The notes: generated by a model from the sequence alone, not told the origin. DNA of 64,000 bases from Candidatus Eiseniibacteriota bacterium (GCA_035607085.1 DATMZI010000096.1:4227-68226); one strand, 5' to 3'; counted from the stretch's first letter, positions 9,022 through 19,260 are shown. A program made the numbers and translations.

Positions 9022-10797
9022 CTAGAAACCGCCGCCGCCGCCGCCGCCGAACCCGCCACCAGAGGAACTGCCGCCGCCACCGCTGAAGCCGGATCCGCCG
9101 GAACTGCGTGGAGCGGAGGCGAAGGTGGTGGCGGCCTGCGACGACATGGCGTTGATGTTGTTGACGAACAGGTAGGGGTAAAAGCCGGAACTGAAATTGC
9201 CGCCCTGGTACCAACTGGGCGGTTGGGTGTAGATGTTGGCGAAGGCCTTGCTCCAGTTTTTCTCGACGCCTAGAGCCATGGCGAAGGGCAAGAATTTTTC
9301 GAACATTTCAGGCGTTTTGATCATGCGGTTGAAGCGGTCGGCTTCGACGTGAGTCAGGAAGTCTTCGAAGCCGAGTACGCCTTCGAGGGCGCGGGTGCCG
9401 CTGCCAGTGCGCGCAGGCATGAACCAGCCGAAGCCGCAGACGATAGCGGCGCTGAGGATTCCCGCGATGAAGAACGGCGCGCCGGCCATACCGAGACCGC
9501 GGCCGACGGCGGCGCCTCCCCAGATGGCAAGAAAGCCGATGACGAGGCCGGCGCCGATGTACGTGGCGCGCACAGTGTCGGGACGGTGGAGGTAGTAGCC
9601 GCGGCCGAGAAGTTGTGCGAAGACTTGATTCTTGATGATGGGGATATTTTTGTAGAAGACGTTGTGGAGGTCTTCTATATCCACGACTTCTTCAGGTTGG
9701 CCGACACTGAAGATGCCGTCAAGGAGAGACTGTTCGTGGGGCTTAAGAGAGGACCATTCGGCGCGGCCTTTCTTGAGGATGAAGCTGTAGTCCTGCGATT
9801 TGTATAAGCCCATCATGCGGGATTCGGAGCGTTCCTGGATGACGAGGTAGCCGCGGACAGCCAGGTCCACGATGGCGGCGGTGATGTCGCGCATATCGGC
9901 GGAGTTGTCGACAAGCGTGCCTGCTTCGCTGGGCGTCAGCTGATCGGGCGGTTCGTATTGCGCAGCGATGGGGCGCAGGCGGGGATCGCGGCCGTTGGTG
10001 TACCAGATCCAAAACATGATGGCGGCGATGAGCAAGGGAAGGAGCAGCGGCCAGTTACTGCGGAAGAAGAGAACGGCTTTATCGAAGGCGGTGGGCTCGC
10101 GGAGAGCGCCTTTGTCGAAAGCGATGGCGACGGTGAGGCCGTGATGATAGGGGAGCGGTGCGGAGGTGTGAATTTCAACTCCGTTGCCGGTGATGGAGAG
10201 TTCGGCATCCTGTCCACGCGAGCGATAGGCTCCGGTGGCGAAGTTAGCCCGGAGGTTTTTCGCGGAGGAGGGAAGAGTGATGGTGGCAGAGGCGGAGTTG
10301 ATGGGGACATCCCACTCGTCCCCGGTGACGTTCCAGTAGAACTCATCGAAGTCTTCGTGAAATTTCAATGCGTCGGAGACGGTGTATTCAATGTTGATGG
10401 TCTGGACGGAGTCGTCGGCGTTGTCGATGAAGACTTTGAGTTTGCAGTAGTGGCGTTCGCGAGAGGATTCGTACTTGAGCGGGCGGCCGGCGCCGTCGCT
10501 AATCCGTTTGACGTCGAGAAACAGGGAATAGTTCATGCCTTGCGGGGTGAAGTACTCGACCGGGATTTTGCGGTAGAGGCCGTGCCAGGGACCGCCGAGG
10601 AAATGGGCGGTGATGGATTCAGTGACGGAGACGGTGGAGTCAGGGAGAACGTCGATTTGTGCGTTGAAGCGTTCGATGCGGAGTTCTTTGGCGAGCAGGG
10701 GAAAGGAAAGAAGAAGCAAGGAAGTAATGAGGTAAAGAAAAAAGCGGGCAGGGTCAAGTCGATACGGGCGGAACGATTTCTGTTGCGTTGCGATCAC
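9022..10797 (-). CDS. DUF2207 domain membrane protein
   Basis: Signal peptide, FYWNVTGDEWDVPI, PPDQLTP, AAIVDLAVRGYL, FEKFLPFAMALGV, Gly/Ser-rich tail ending GGGGF. Confidence 0.9.
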   Translation of the reverse strand: MIATQQKSFRPYRLDPARFFLYLITSLLLLSFPLLAKELRIERFNAQIDVLPDSTVSVTESITAHFLGGPWHGLYRKIPVEYFTPQGMNYSLFLDVKRISDGAGRPLKYESSRERHYCKLKVFIDNADDSVQTINIEYTVSDALKFHEDFDEFYWNVTGDEWDVPINSASATITLPSSAKNLRANFATGAYRSRGQDAELSITGNGVEIHTSAPLPYHHGLTVAIAFDKGALREPTAFDKAVLFFRSNWPLLLPLLIAAIMFWIWYTNGRDPRLRPIAAQYEPPDQLTPSEAGTLVDNSADMRDITAAIVDLAVRGYLVIQERSESRMMGLYKSQDYSFILKKGRAEWSSLKPHEQSLLDGIFSVGQPEEVVDIEDLHNVFYKNIPIIKNQVFAQLLGRGYYLHRPDTVRATYIGAGLVIGFLAIWGGAAVGRGLGMAGAPFFIAGILSAAIVCGFGWFMPARTGSGTRALEGVLGFEDFLTHVEADRFNRMIKTPEMFEKFLPFAMALGVEKNWSKAFANIYTQPPSWYQGGNFSSGFYPYLFVNNINAMSSQAATTFASAPRSSGGSGFSGGGGSSSGGGFGGGGGGGF

Positions 10798-10926
10798 GCT
10801 GAGGTGCCTCGGCTACGCACGCCGACATGTGCTTCGCGCATGAGAGAAAAATTGGCCCGTGCTGCTCGCGATGACAAGTCTTTAGAGATGGAGAAGGGCA
10901 AGGCCAAGGGATTCCCTCTCTGAACC

Positions 10927-11505
10927 TCAGGCGGTCGGAGCGGATGGCGTGCCGAAGCTGACTTTGGGGGCTTCGCGTTCGGCGGTGGAGGTGACTTCGA
11001 AAAATTCCCGGGGCTTGAAGCCGAGCATGCCGGCGAAAATGTTGGTGGGGAACTGCTGAATCTTGGTGTTGAGATCGCGCACAACGGCATTGTAGTAGCG
11101 GCGTGCATTTTGCACGGTATCTTCGATCTGGGTGAGGGAGTTTTGCAGGGAGGTGAAGCTTTCGATGGCGCGGAGCTGGGGATAGGCTTCTGAAAGAGCG
11201 AAAAGGCTCTTGAGGGCGCCGGAGAGCATGTTTTCCGCGGCGGCTTTCTCGCCGGGGTTGGTGGCGGTCATGGCGCGGTTGCGGGCATTGATGACGGCTT
11301 CGAGGGTGCCCTTTTCATGGCCGGCATAGCCTTTTACGGTTTCGACGAGGTTGGGGATAAGGTCGTAGCGGCGCTTGAGCTGAACGTCAATGTCCGCCCA
11401 GGCGTTGTCCACCTGAACTTTCAAGCGGACCAGGCTGTTGTACATCCCAATGAGGATGACGATGATGATGACGACGGCAATCAAGAGTACCCAGCCGATG
11501 GCCAT
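10927..11505 (-). CDS. lemA: LemA family protein
   Basis: YNSLV..NAWADIDVQLKRRYDLIPNLVETVKGY, EAYPQL, ARRYYN. True start is ATG 11505, not 11877. Confidence 0.96.
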   Translation of the reverse strand: MAIGWVLLIAVVIIIVILIGMYNSLVRLKVQVDNAWADIDVQLKRRYDLIPNLVETVKGYAGHEKGTLEAVINARNRAMTATNPGEKAAAENMLSGALKSLFALSEAYPQLRAIESFTSLQNSLTQIEDTVQNARRYYNAVVRDLNTKIQQFPTNIFAGMLGFKPREFFEVTSTAEREAPKVSFGTPSAPTA

Positions 11506-11991
11506 GCTATACCTCGCGCGGAGATGCGTTGGCGGACGCTGAAGGACACTATACGTGCGGCGCGAAAGCCTGTAAAGGGAACGCCCACCATGGGCCGATT
11601 GTGCGGTGCTTAGACGACTGGGCCTCTTACATCCCGGAGGGACGGAGGCGCCTGGCTTCGGCGAAGGCTTTTTGGATTCATCGAGGCGGCCGGTTTTTTG
11701 CAGTGCGGCGCCGAGATTTTCGCGGAGATCGTCATCGTCGGGGGCAAGTTCGCTGGCGCGTGAGCTCACCGGCCTGGTATTTCTGCGCGGCGGATCGCTG
11801 GAGCCGAGAGGCTTCGGGATTTTGCGCGGAAGTGCAAGCCAAACCAAGAAAAAGAAAGGCAAAAAAGCTTTGCACAAAACTCCGGCGTAGCGGGCCTGGG
11901 GCAGGGGATCTCCGGATAACGATTAGTGGAAAAAGGGAATACCACAGTACGTGTTGGATAGTTTACTAGACGGGAATCGAATGCCTAAAGT

Positions 11992-14151
11992 CTATTTTGC
12001 CGGCGCTGAAGGTTCGAGTTGGCTGGAGCCCAGGAGGGCGGAGTCTTTGGGGAAGGGGTCGCCCCAGAGGTAGTGGTTGAACCAGTCGAGGTTTGCTTGC
12101 AGGACGGCGCGATTGGATTTGGGTTTGGTGATGGGATGGCCGAAGCCGGTGTAGAGGATGAGGCGGGAGTCTACGTGTTGGTCCTGCAGGCCGCGGTAGA
12201 GCTCGAAACTGTCGGGAGGGGGAACGCGCTTGTCGGCACTGCCGGATTGGATAAGCGTCGGCGTTTTGGCTTTTTTGATATTGCTGATGGGCGAGGTTTT
12301 GGCGTAGATGGTGGGATCATCCCACGGCGTGGCGTGAAGATACTGGCGCGTGAAGGGCGTGATGTCGGTGCTGACGTAGTAGGTGGACCAGTCGCTGATG
12401 CCGGCGCCGACGGAGATGGCTTTGAAGCGGTCGGTGTTGGTGGTGAGGAAAGCGGAAATGTAGCCGCCCTGCGACCAGCCCATGGAGCCGAGCTTGCTCG
12501 GATCGACGATGCCTTTGGCGATGAGTGAGTCCACGCCGCTCATGACATCCCACATGTCGCCGACGCCCAGGTTGCGAACATTGAGGGCTCGGAAGGCGGC
12601 GCCGTAGCCGGCGCTGCCGCGATAGTTGGGCTGCAGGACGAGTGCGCCGCGCGCGAGCCAGGTTTGCATGGGATAGTAGGAATCGCCGGCGGAGAGGGTT
12701 GGGTCAGAGACGCCGGTGGGACCGCCGTGGATGACGACGAGCAACGGGTATTTTTTCCCGGGATCGTAGTCGGAAGGCTTGCGGAGGACGCCTTCTATGG
12801 TGGCGCCGTCCTGGGATTTCCATGAGATGACTTCGGCGGTGCCGAGTTTCCAGTCGGCGATCTGCGCGGTCATGTCGGTGAGCTTGCGCGGAGCGAAGTT
12901 GTCGGTGGGCGAGACGAAAAGTTCGACCATGTGCGTGGCGTCATCGGCGGCGACGGCCATGGTTTTGAAATCCTTGGTGAAAGAAACGCCGGAGAAGTAG
13001 AAGGCCTCGGGCGCGGTGATGCGCGTAACCTGCGCAGTTTGTGGATTGAGGCGAAAAAGGTGACCGGTGGTTTTTTGCTGGGCGGCGAAATAAATGCCGT
13101 CGGGACCCCAATCGATGAGGTCGGGGTCTTCGTCGAACTTGGCCGTGAGGTTGCGAACATCAGAGGTAGATCTGGCCGGTGCGGAGAAGACTTTGTCCAC
13201 GTCGACGACAGCGATGTGGCTGTTCGCGTAGAAGAAATATTGCTGATCGAGAGCGGAGGTGAAGGCGAGCTGCTTGCCGTCGGGAGAGAAAACGGGATTG
13301 TTGTCAGGAGCGGGGAGGGCGACAGCCAGACGGACCTGATTGTCGTGCGCGAGATCGAGAAGGTAGATGTCTGTGTCGATGGCGGCGGGAAGCGAAGGAC
13401 TTTTTGCGGCAGCGAAGGCGATGAGCTTGGAATCAGGGGACCAGCTGAAGCCGTTGATATTGAGCTTGGAGTCTTTGGTGAGCGGCGTGGCTTTTACGGG
13501 AAGAAACATTTTTTCGGCGGCGGGAACATCGACGGCCCAGATCTGGTTCTGACGGTAGTCTTCCTCGAAAACTTCGTAGTCGGAGTATTTTTCCTTACGG
13601 TCCTTTTCGGCTTTGCTCTCCGCCGCAGAGCTGGTGAAGGCGATTTGTGTCGAATCCTTTGACCAGTGGAAGCCGCCGATGTCGGTGGGATGTCGAGTGA
13701 GCTGCCAGGCTTCGCCGCCAGTGGGTGAGATGAGCCAAATCTGCTGAGCGGCGGGCTTTTCGCTCGAATCGTCGTCTTTCTTTTTGTCCTTGTCGTCTTT
13801 CTTTTCTTCGGGAAGGATGCCGGCGGGTTCGCGTTCGGTGACGAAGGCAAGCCAGCGGCCGTCGGGGGACCATTCCATCGCACCGGCAGATTTCTTGCCG
13901 CGGGTAAACTGGAACGATTCGCCGGTAGCTACGTTGAGCAACCAGATTTGACGGACGTAAGCGTTTTCTTTCCAATCGGTTTCGCGGATGCGATAGGCCA
14001 TGAATTTGCCGTCGGGAGAGATTTCGTGACCGTTGATGGCTCGAAGGCTGAGGCCTTCGCTGAGTGAGGGAGCGTGTTTGCTTTGAGCCTGCGCGGAATG
14101 TGAATCGCCAACCACGAAGAACAGGGAGAGAGCAAGAGCGAGCTTCTTCAA
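11992..14151 (-). CDS. S9 family peptidase (WD40/PD40 propeller + alpha/beta hydrolase), secreted
   Basis: IHGGPT, PNYRGSAGYG, GWSQGG nucleophile, DKRVP, GFGH; signal peptide; SD GGAGG before TTG. Confidence 0.93.
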   Translation of the reverse strand: MKKLALALSLFFVVGDSHSAQAQSKHAPSLSEGLSLRAINGHEISPDGKFMAYRIRETDWKENAYVRQIWLLNVATGESFQFTRGKKSAGAMEWSPDGRWLAFVTEREPAGILPEEKKDDKDKKKDDDSSEKPAAQQIWLISPTGGEAWQLTRHPTDIGGFHWSKDSTQIAFTSSAAESKAEKDRKEKYSDYEVFEEDYRQNQIWAVDVPAAEKMFLPVKATPLTKDSKLNINGFSWSPDSKLIAFAAAKSPSLPAAIDTDIYLLDLAHDNQVRLAVALPAPDNNPVFSPDGKQLAFTSALDQQYFFYANSHIAVVDVDKVFSAPARSTSDVRNLTAKFDEDPDLIDWGPDGIYFAAQQKTTGHLFRLNPQTAQVTRITAPEAFYFSGVSFTKDFKTMAVAADDATHMVELFVSPTDNFAPRKLTDMTAQIADWKLGTAEVISWKSQDGATIEGVLRKPSDYDPGKKYPLLVVIHGGPTGVSDPTLSAGDSYYPMQTWLARGALVLQPNYRGSAGYGAAFRALNVRNLGVGDMWDVMSGVDSLIAKGIVDPSKLGSMGWSQGGYISAFLTTNTDRFKAISVGAGISDWSTYYVSTDITPFTRQYLHATPWDDPTIYAKTSPISNIKKAKTPTLIQSGSADKRVPPPDSFELYRGLQDQHVDSRLILYTGFGHPITKPKSNRAVLQANLDWFNHYLWGDPFPKDSALLGSSQLEPSAPAK

Positions 14152-14562
14152 AGGGGCACCTCCGGCCGACGTAACTGTATCAGACGATGGTAGTTGGTTG
14201 TTGGTCTCCCGGTTTTTGGTGCCAACCGGCTAGTCCTGTCCATAGGACAGAAAGGCCAGAGGGAGCAGCTTAATACTTTACGCCTGGGCTTACAGGCGGA
14301 GGCCTGCTAGCAACGCCGACCCGGACCACGCCCCAAAAATGCGGATTGAGTTTCCGTATGGACGCAATCTTGCGCCTGCGATATCCGTAAGCAATCGCGC
14401 TGGCAAGCGTGCCGGTAATGTGAATTTCTGCCGGTTTACCTAGGTGACGGGAAAAATACTGAAGAAGCGCTTATACAGATCCGCTGAGCGCTTTCTCGCA
14501 AAGCTATGCGTGATAGCCTGGAATCATCAAGCCAAAGCGACTCTGGGCCGGCGACAACGCTT

Positions 14563-14751
14563 TCATTCGCCGTCTGGGCCGGGCTTGGCCTCGGCCTCCT
14601 TGGCCCGTTCGGCGATTTGCTCTCTCAGAGACTTGGAAGAATCGGCAGAGTCCTCAGTTTGCTCGCCCGATTTAAGTCGCTCGATTTGCTGACGAATGCG
14701 TTGGGCTCTTTCGTCCTGTCCTTTTTGCTTGTGAGATATGTTCTCCGGCAT
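14563..14751 (-). CDS. Small charged hypothetical protein (62 aa)
   Basis: SD GGAGG 6 nt before ATG; coiled-coil-like composition. Confidence 0.6.
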   Translation of the reverse strand: MPENISHKQKGQDERAQRIRQQIERLKSGEQTEDSADSSKSLREQIAERAKEAEAKPGPDGE

Positions 14752-14799
14752 TGGCGTCCTCCAACTTCAGGAGCCGCCAGATCGCTAGCCGCCCCTCTA

Positions 14800-15654
14800 C
14801 TATTTTAGCCCCTTTACGAATTCCCGAAGCGATTTCGCACGTGCGTCGCTCGTATTTGCGTAGGCAGTTACAGCGCTCGCCTTTGCGGCCATCACGCGTG
14901 GCTTGGTCCGATAGCTTTCGTCCTTGCGAATTTCGCGCACTTTCCGATCTACTGCTTCCCGAAGACTTGTGCCCCGATTCACTTGAATAACCCCAAGGTC
15001 TCGCACGCCGACCTGACCAGCTCTGACAAATATCTGATACCAGTGGTTGTCTACAGGGTTTCCAAAACTTACGTAACCATCGTCCAACACCTCATGCGGT
15101 TCGTGAACGTGACCGCGGAAACTGTAGCGGACTCCTGTTGCGCCGTTCGGATCGTAATAGTGATGAGTGATAAAGTCCGACACTCTTATTCCGTTAACGG
15201 AATACGCGAATTTGTCGCCCTCGCACGGGTCGCACACTTCTACGAGGTAAACGACGCGTTCGAACGTCGCGATCGGGTCAGGAGCTTGAGCGGGAGGAGC
15301 ACCTGCGACCGTCCGGTTGCCGAAAGGGTCCGCAAGCATTTCGAGCGCTTCATGACTCGCGGTCAACGGCCAGTTGTTGTCCACCTGCACGAGAGAAAAT
15401 GGCTGGCCATGGTCATCAGTATGAAAGCCGGCAGCCCCCGGCTCCTGAATGTCATCGCGTAAAATGATTGGCCAGTAATCGACTGGCACAGACTCCAGCT
15501 TGTCGAACGCATCCACGGTTGCCTGGACATTCCACAGAGGACCGAAGTCGCGGATGACCTGTTTCTGGAGCGCTGCCGCAACTGAAATTACTTCGGGAAG
15601 AGTGACGGCCGGAGTGTCAGAAACGACAGCAACATGGGCCGAGAGTATACTCAT
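14800..15654 (-). CDS. Hypothetical protein with HExxE motif, putative metalloprotein
   Basis: SD AAGGAG; GFHT and ASHEALEMLADP motifs; EVCDPCE. Confidence 0.75.
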   Translation of the reverse strand: MSILSAHVAVVSDTPAVTLPEVISVAAALQKQVIRDFGPLWNVQATVDAFDKLESVPVDYWPIILRDDIQEPGAAGFHTDDHGQPFSLVQVDNNWPLTASHEALEMLADPFGNRTVAGAPPAQAPDPIATFERVVYLVEVCDPCEGDKFAYSVNGIRVSDFITHHYYDPNGATGVRYSFRGHVHEPHEVLDDGYVSFGNPVDNHWYQIFVRAGQVGVRDLGVIQVNRGTSLREAVDRKVREIRKDESYRTKPRVMAAKASAVTAYANTSDARAKSLREFVKGLK

Positions 15655-15761
15655 GGGAAGCTCCTTGTGGCGAAGTACGACCGTCGGCGGGCGGCCGGGA
15701 CGTTCATACTCGGCTGAAGCGTTCCTTTAAGCAAGCAAGAGTTGTTGGCCAAAAGTGCTGT

Positions 15762-16148
15762 TTACGTACCATTACGAAGCGCAGTTCGTTTATGATCGGA
15801 CCGATACTTTCTGGGGCAGACACCGGTCAGCGCCTTGAAATCCCGGCAAAAATGACTGGCGTCGGCGAATCCTACCGAAATCATTATTTCTTTAATTGAT
15901 GCTGGGCTCTGTTCGAGGAGTCGCCTCGCTTCGAAAAGGCAAGATTGCTTGACAAAGTGTCTAGGCGAGAGGCCCGTTCGTTGCCTGAAGAGGTGTTCGA
16001 AGCGCGAGTAGGACAATCCGCGTTGTACTGCCATACGCTCCCAGTCGGTTCGCTGCCATGCGACACCTTCTGCTTTCGAGACTTCCTGAAGTGCGGATTC
16101 GATTCTGCGATCCGCGGGTTGCCGTTGGCGCGGGAAACGTGTGAACAT
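15762..16148 (-). CDS. Stand-alone AraC-family DNA-binding protein
   Basis: Double HTH (LSYSRFEHLFRQRTGLSP..L.EARRLL..IKEI..VGF.D.SHF.RDFK..TG..P..YR); no sensor domain. Confidence 0.85.
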   Translation of the reverse strand: MFTRFPRQRQPADRRIESALQEVSKAEGVAWQRTDWERMAVQRGLSYSRFEHLFRQRTGLSPRHFVKQSCLFEARRLLEQSPASIKEIMISVGFADASHFCRDFKALTGVCPRKYRSDHKRTALRNGT

Positions 16149-16265
16149 CGCCTTATCCTGACCTACCAACCGGATGCTTGCGGTGATTAGTGATGCCGGT
16201 CGTGTTTTCGTTTCAGCAAATCTGCCGGGTTGGTTGGAGCTCGCGCGGGTCACTCCGCGACGCCT

Positions 16266-16460
16266 TCAATCCTTCTTGGCGCGCTTGAAGAACGCCCTCC
16301 AGGCTGGAGATGCGGAGACGCGAACGACGCTCACAAGTTTCCATCCTTGTATCCCGAGCTGGTTGGCTTGATCGATCACATCTTGCTCGCTCGCAGCGCT
16401 GATGAGCTTGTACTCCCATTGCTCTGCATCCGGACTCGACGCCAGATTCGAAACGTTCAA
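16266..16460 (-). CDS. DUF4177-like small protein
   Basis: WEYKLIS..ANQLGIQGWKLVSV..AFFKR pattern at the end of the long ORF; TTG start proposed. Confidence 0.65.
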   Translation of the reverse strand: MNVSNLASSPDAEQWEYKLISAASEQDVIDQANQLGIQGWKLVSVVRVSASPAWRAFFKRAKKD

Positions 16461-16745
16461 GGCAAGGGCCTGACTGTGTGAGTGCCCATTGGAAAAGCCC
16501 GCTGCCCGGTGCTGATGCAAGTTCCGAAGCCAATGCCAATCATGCGGGGAAAGGGCTTGAAGTCCGCAAAAACAGCATTTTCTCCATGAAAATCGGCGGG
16601 CCCTCACACGATGCCCGACAGATGGTCCGGGCGTGACGACCAGGTGTAACTCGTTTGAACCGTACCTATACGTTGGCCACTCCATTGACGTTGGGAAGGG
16701 CATTGTGTTACCCATACAAAGCCCTAAATTCACTCGGTTTGCGCG

Positions 16746-17252
16746 GTGACCGACCCTCGCATGGCGCAAGAAGACAAACACCTGGAAGTCGTTCTCGACA
16801 CGCAGGTCGACAGCGTGAATCTGGCAGAGGAAATGTGTCTGCGCGTGGCCGAGGCTGCGGGTTTCGACGAAGAGATGTGCTACCGCATTGGGATGAGCGT
16901 GCGGGAGGGTGTAATCAACGCGTTTCACTACGGCAACCAGGAGCGGCCGGACAAAAAGATTCACCTGGCGCTCGATATAACCAACGAAAAGTTAGTAATT
17001 CACGTGATGGATGAGGGCAAAGGGTTCAAGCTGACTGATGTCCCGGATCCTCTGGCGGAGGAGAATATTCTGAGTACCTCTGGCCGAGGAATATTCCTGA
17101 TGCGCGCCTTTATGGACGAGTTCAATGTTGTATCGGGCCGCACAGGCGGCGCGGAAATTATTATGTCCAAGTGGCTGCCTGGCGCGGTCAATGCGCCGAC
17201 CAATGGCGCGAGCGGCTCAGACGGGGAAAAAGACCCGGGAAAAGCACACTGA
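16746..17252 (+). CDS. RsbW-like anti-sigma factor Ser kinase (HATPase_c)
   Basis: EGVINAFHYGN, DEGKGF, SGRGIFLM motifs. Confidence 0.92.
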   Translation: MTDPRMAQEDKHLEVVLDTQVDSVNLAEEMCLRVAEAAGFDEEMCYRIGMSVREGVINAFHYGNQERPDKKIHLALDITNEKLVIHVMDEGKGFKLTDVPDPLAEENILSTSGRGIFLMRAFMDEFNVVSGRTGGAEIIMSKWLPGAVNAPTNGASGSDGEKDPGKAH

Positions 17253-17258
17253 ACGAAT

Positions 17259-17603
17259 ATGGCGCTTCACGCCACTTATCGGGACGTAGGGCAGGTTACT
17301 GTCGTGGACTTCGGCGGAAAGATTACGCTGGGAGACGGTAGCGCGCTGCTGCGCAAGACAGTCCGCCTATTGTTGGACGAAAACCGCAAAAAAATTCTGA
17401 TCAACCTGGCGGACGTGGATTACATAGATAGCTCCGGGATCGGCGAACTGGTGCACGCCTATACGTCGGTGCAAAACCGGGAGGGCGAGCTGAAGCTGCT
17501 GCATCTCACCAGGAAGGTCCGCGACCTGTTGCAGATCACCAAGCTCTACACCGTATTCGATGTGCACACCGAGGAAGCCGCAGCAGTTCGCAGCTTCCGC
17601 TAG
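17259..17603 (+). CDS. STAS anti-sigma factor antagonist (RsbV-like)
   Basis: YIDSSGIGELV phosphorylation motif. Confidence 0.94.
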   Translation: MALHATYRDVGQVTVVDFGGKITLGDGSALLRKTVRLLLDENRKKILINLADVDYIDSSGIGELVHAYTSVQNREGELKLLHLTRKVRDLLQITKLYTVFDVHTEEAAAVRSFR

Positions 17604-17779
17604 GCCAACGCCACCGAAGGTAATCATTCTTTCTGGACTGGCGCCGTAATTTGTGCCAGCATACCGCCGCGTTTCAAGAACGAGGTTTCCCGCCGGCCTC
17701 GCCAATTCCCCTATCGGGCTTCCAGCTGCCGGTGCGGAAACGCCGCTCGAGAGCGCGAATTCAGCGCAGGGGAATCTCC

Positions 17780-17989
17780 GTGAGCAAAGAGCAGGGTACC
17801 GTCAAGTGGTTTAATGCTTCGAAGGGTTATGGATTCATTCAGCGCCAGTCGGGAGAAGATGTGTTCGTGCACTTCTCGGCAATTCAGTCCGATGGCTACA
17901 AATCACTCAATGAGGGCCAGCGAGTAGAATTCGAGGTGAAGCAGGGCCCGAAGGGGCTGCAGGCGGAAAACGTAACGCCGCAAGGTTAG
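17780..17989 (+). CDS. cspA: Cold-shock protein
   Basis: [34 protein letters not shown]; GTG start at 17780. Confidence 0.97.
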   Translation: MSKEQGTVKWFNASKGYGFIQRQSGEDVFVHFSAIQSDGYKSLNEGQRVEFEVKQGPKGLQAENVTPQG

Positions 17990-18025
17990 GGAGTTCGCAA
18001 ATCAAACGCTTGTTAGGAGTGGTCG

Positions 18026-18053
18026 ACCCCTCGCTTCCGGCGAGGGGTTTTTC
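18026..18053 (+). terminator. Intrinsic terminator after csp
   Basis: ACCCCTCGC-ttccg-GCGAGGGGT followed by a T run. Confidence 0.85.
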
Positions 18054-18099
18054 TTCTTGCCGGCTTTCGGCCGGACGAGAATTCGGGCAGGCTTGATAG

Positions 18100-19260
18100 A
18101 TGGAGCCGGCTGCGCTGAACGCAAGCGATACTCAATGGATATGTGACAGGGCCCAGCACGTTGGCTTCGAACTGTGCGGAGTGGCAGCTGCCGAAAAATT
18201 TCCGGAACTGGAGCGGTTTCCCGAATGGCTCAAACGCGGATATGCGGGCGAGATGAAGTATCTGAGCGACCCGCGGCGTCTCGACCCGCAGAGCGCCATG
18301 AGCAACGTACGTAGCCTGATTGTCTGCGCGCTCAACTACAACTCGGCACTCCCCTACTCGACCGATAGAACTGTGCTCGACGGCGAAGAAAGCCCGCGCG
18401 GCTGGATCTCGCGCTATGCCTGGGGCGGCGACTACCACGAAGTTTTGTGGACAAAGTTGAACGCGCTGGTCGCAGAAATGAAGGCGCATTTTGCCAGCTC
18501 GGAGCCCTTCGAAGCGCGGGCTTATGCCGACACCGGGCCAATCCACGAACGTGCCGCGGCAAAATATGCGGGGCTCGGCTGGCTCGGCAAGAATACGCTG
18601 CTAATTAACCAAGGGGCGGGGTCCTGGCTATTTCTTGGCGCAATCCTGACCACATTGAGGTTCGCGCCTACGCTCGGCCCGGATAAGATGCCGCCGCCCG
18701 ACCGTTGCGGAACGTGCCGTGCGTGCATCGATGCCTGTCCAACGCAAGCGATCGTTGAACCATACCTTCTCGATGCCACGCGTTGTATTTCGTACCTCAC
18801 GATTGAGCTTCGCGGTTCCATTGCAGAAGATCTTCGAGAGCCGATGGGACACCATGTTTTCGGCTGTGATATTTGCCAGGATGTCTGCCCGTGGAACCGC
18901 AAATCGGCGCGTACGGATGCTCCGGAATTTGAGCCGCGAAAACTCAGCAAAGACACGGGGAACCCCGAAGAGTCCTCGCTGTTTCGGCCCGACCTACTGC
19001 AGCTAGCGAATCTCAGCGAAGCGGAATTCCGCGAGGATTTTCGTGACAGTCCAATCAAGAGGGCCAAGTGGCGAGGCTTGCTGCGCAATGCTTGCATCGC
19101 TCTCGGAAACTCGGGATTAAGACCGGGAAACTCCGTTTACCCGGAGGCCTTGAGTTCACTGCTGAAATTGTCTGAATCTAGAGATGTAGTTATCTCCGAA
19201 TCTGCCCGCTGGGCGCTCTCGCGCATCCAACCGGGAGACAATCGCTTCGGCGGCGGGTAG
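18100..19260 (+). CDS. queG: Epoxyqueuosine reductase
   Basis: YAWGGDYH, DTGPIHER, GWLGKN, CGTCRACIDACPT, CISYLTIE, GCDICQDVCPWN. Confidence 0.96.
   Translation: MEPAALNASDTQWICDRAQHVGFELCGVAAAEKFPELERFPEWLKRGYAGEMKYLSDPRRLDPQSAMSNVRSLIVCALNYNSALPYSTDRTVLDGEESPRGWISRYAWGGDYHEVLWTKLNALVAEMKAHFASSEPFEARAYADTGPIHERAAAKYAGLGWLGKNTLLINQGAGSWLFLGAILTTLRFAPTLGPDKMPPPDRCGTCRACIDACPTQAIVEPYLLDATRCISYLTIELRGSIAEDLREPMGHHVFGCDICQDVCPWNRKSARTDAPEFEPRKLSKDTGNPEESSLFRPDLLQLANLSEAEFREDFRDSPIKRAKWRGLLRNACIALGNSGLRPGNSVYPEALSSLLKLSESRDVVISESARWALSRIQPGDNRFGGG

Noticed and set aside
9022-9130. GCC/CCG-rich low-complexity run as a repeat element
   Set aside because: It encodes the normal Gly/Ser-rich C-terminus of DUF2207 proteins.
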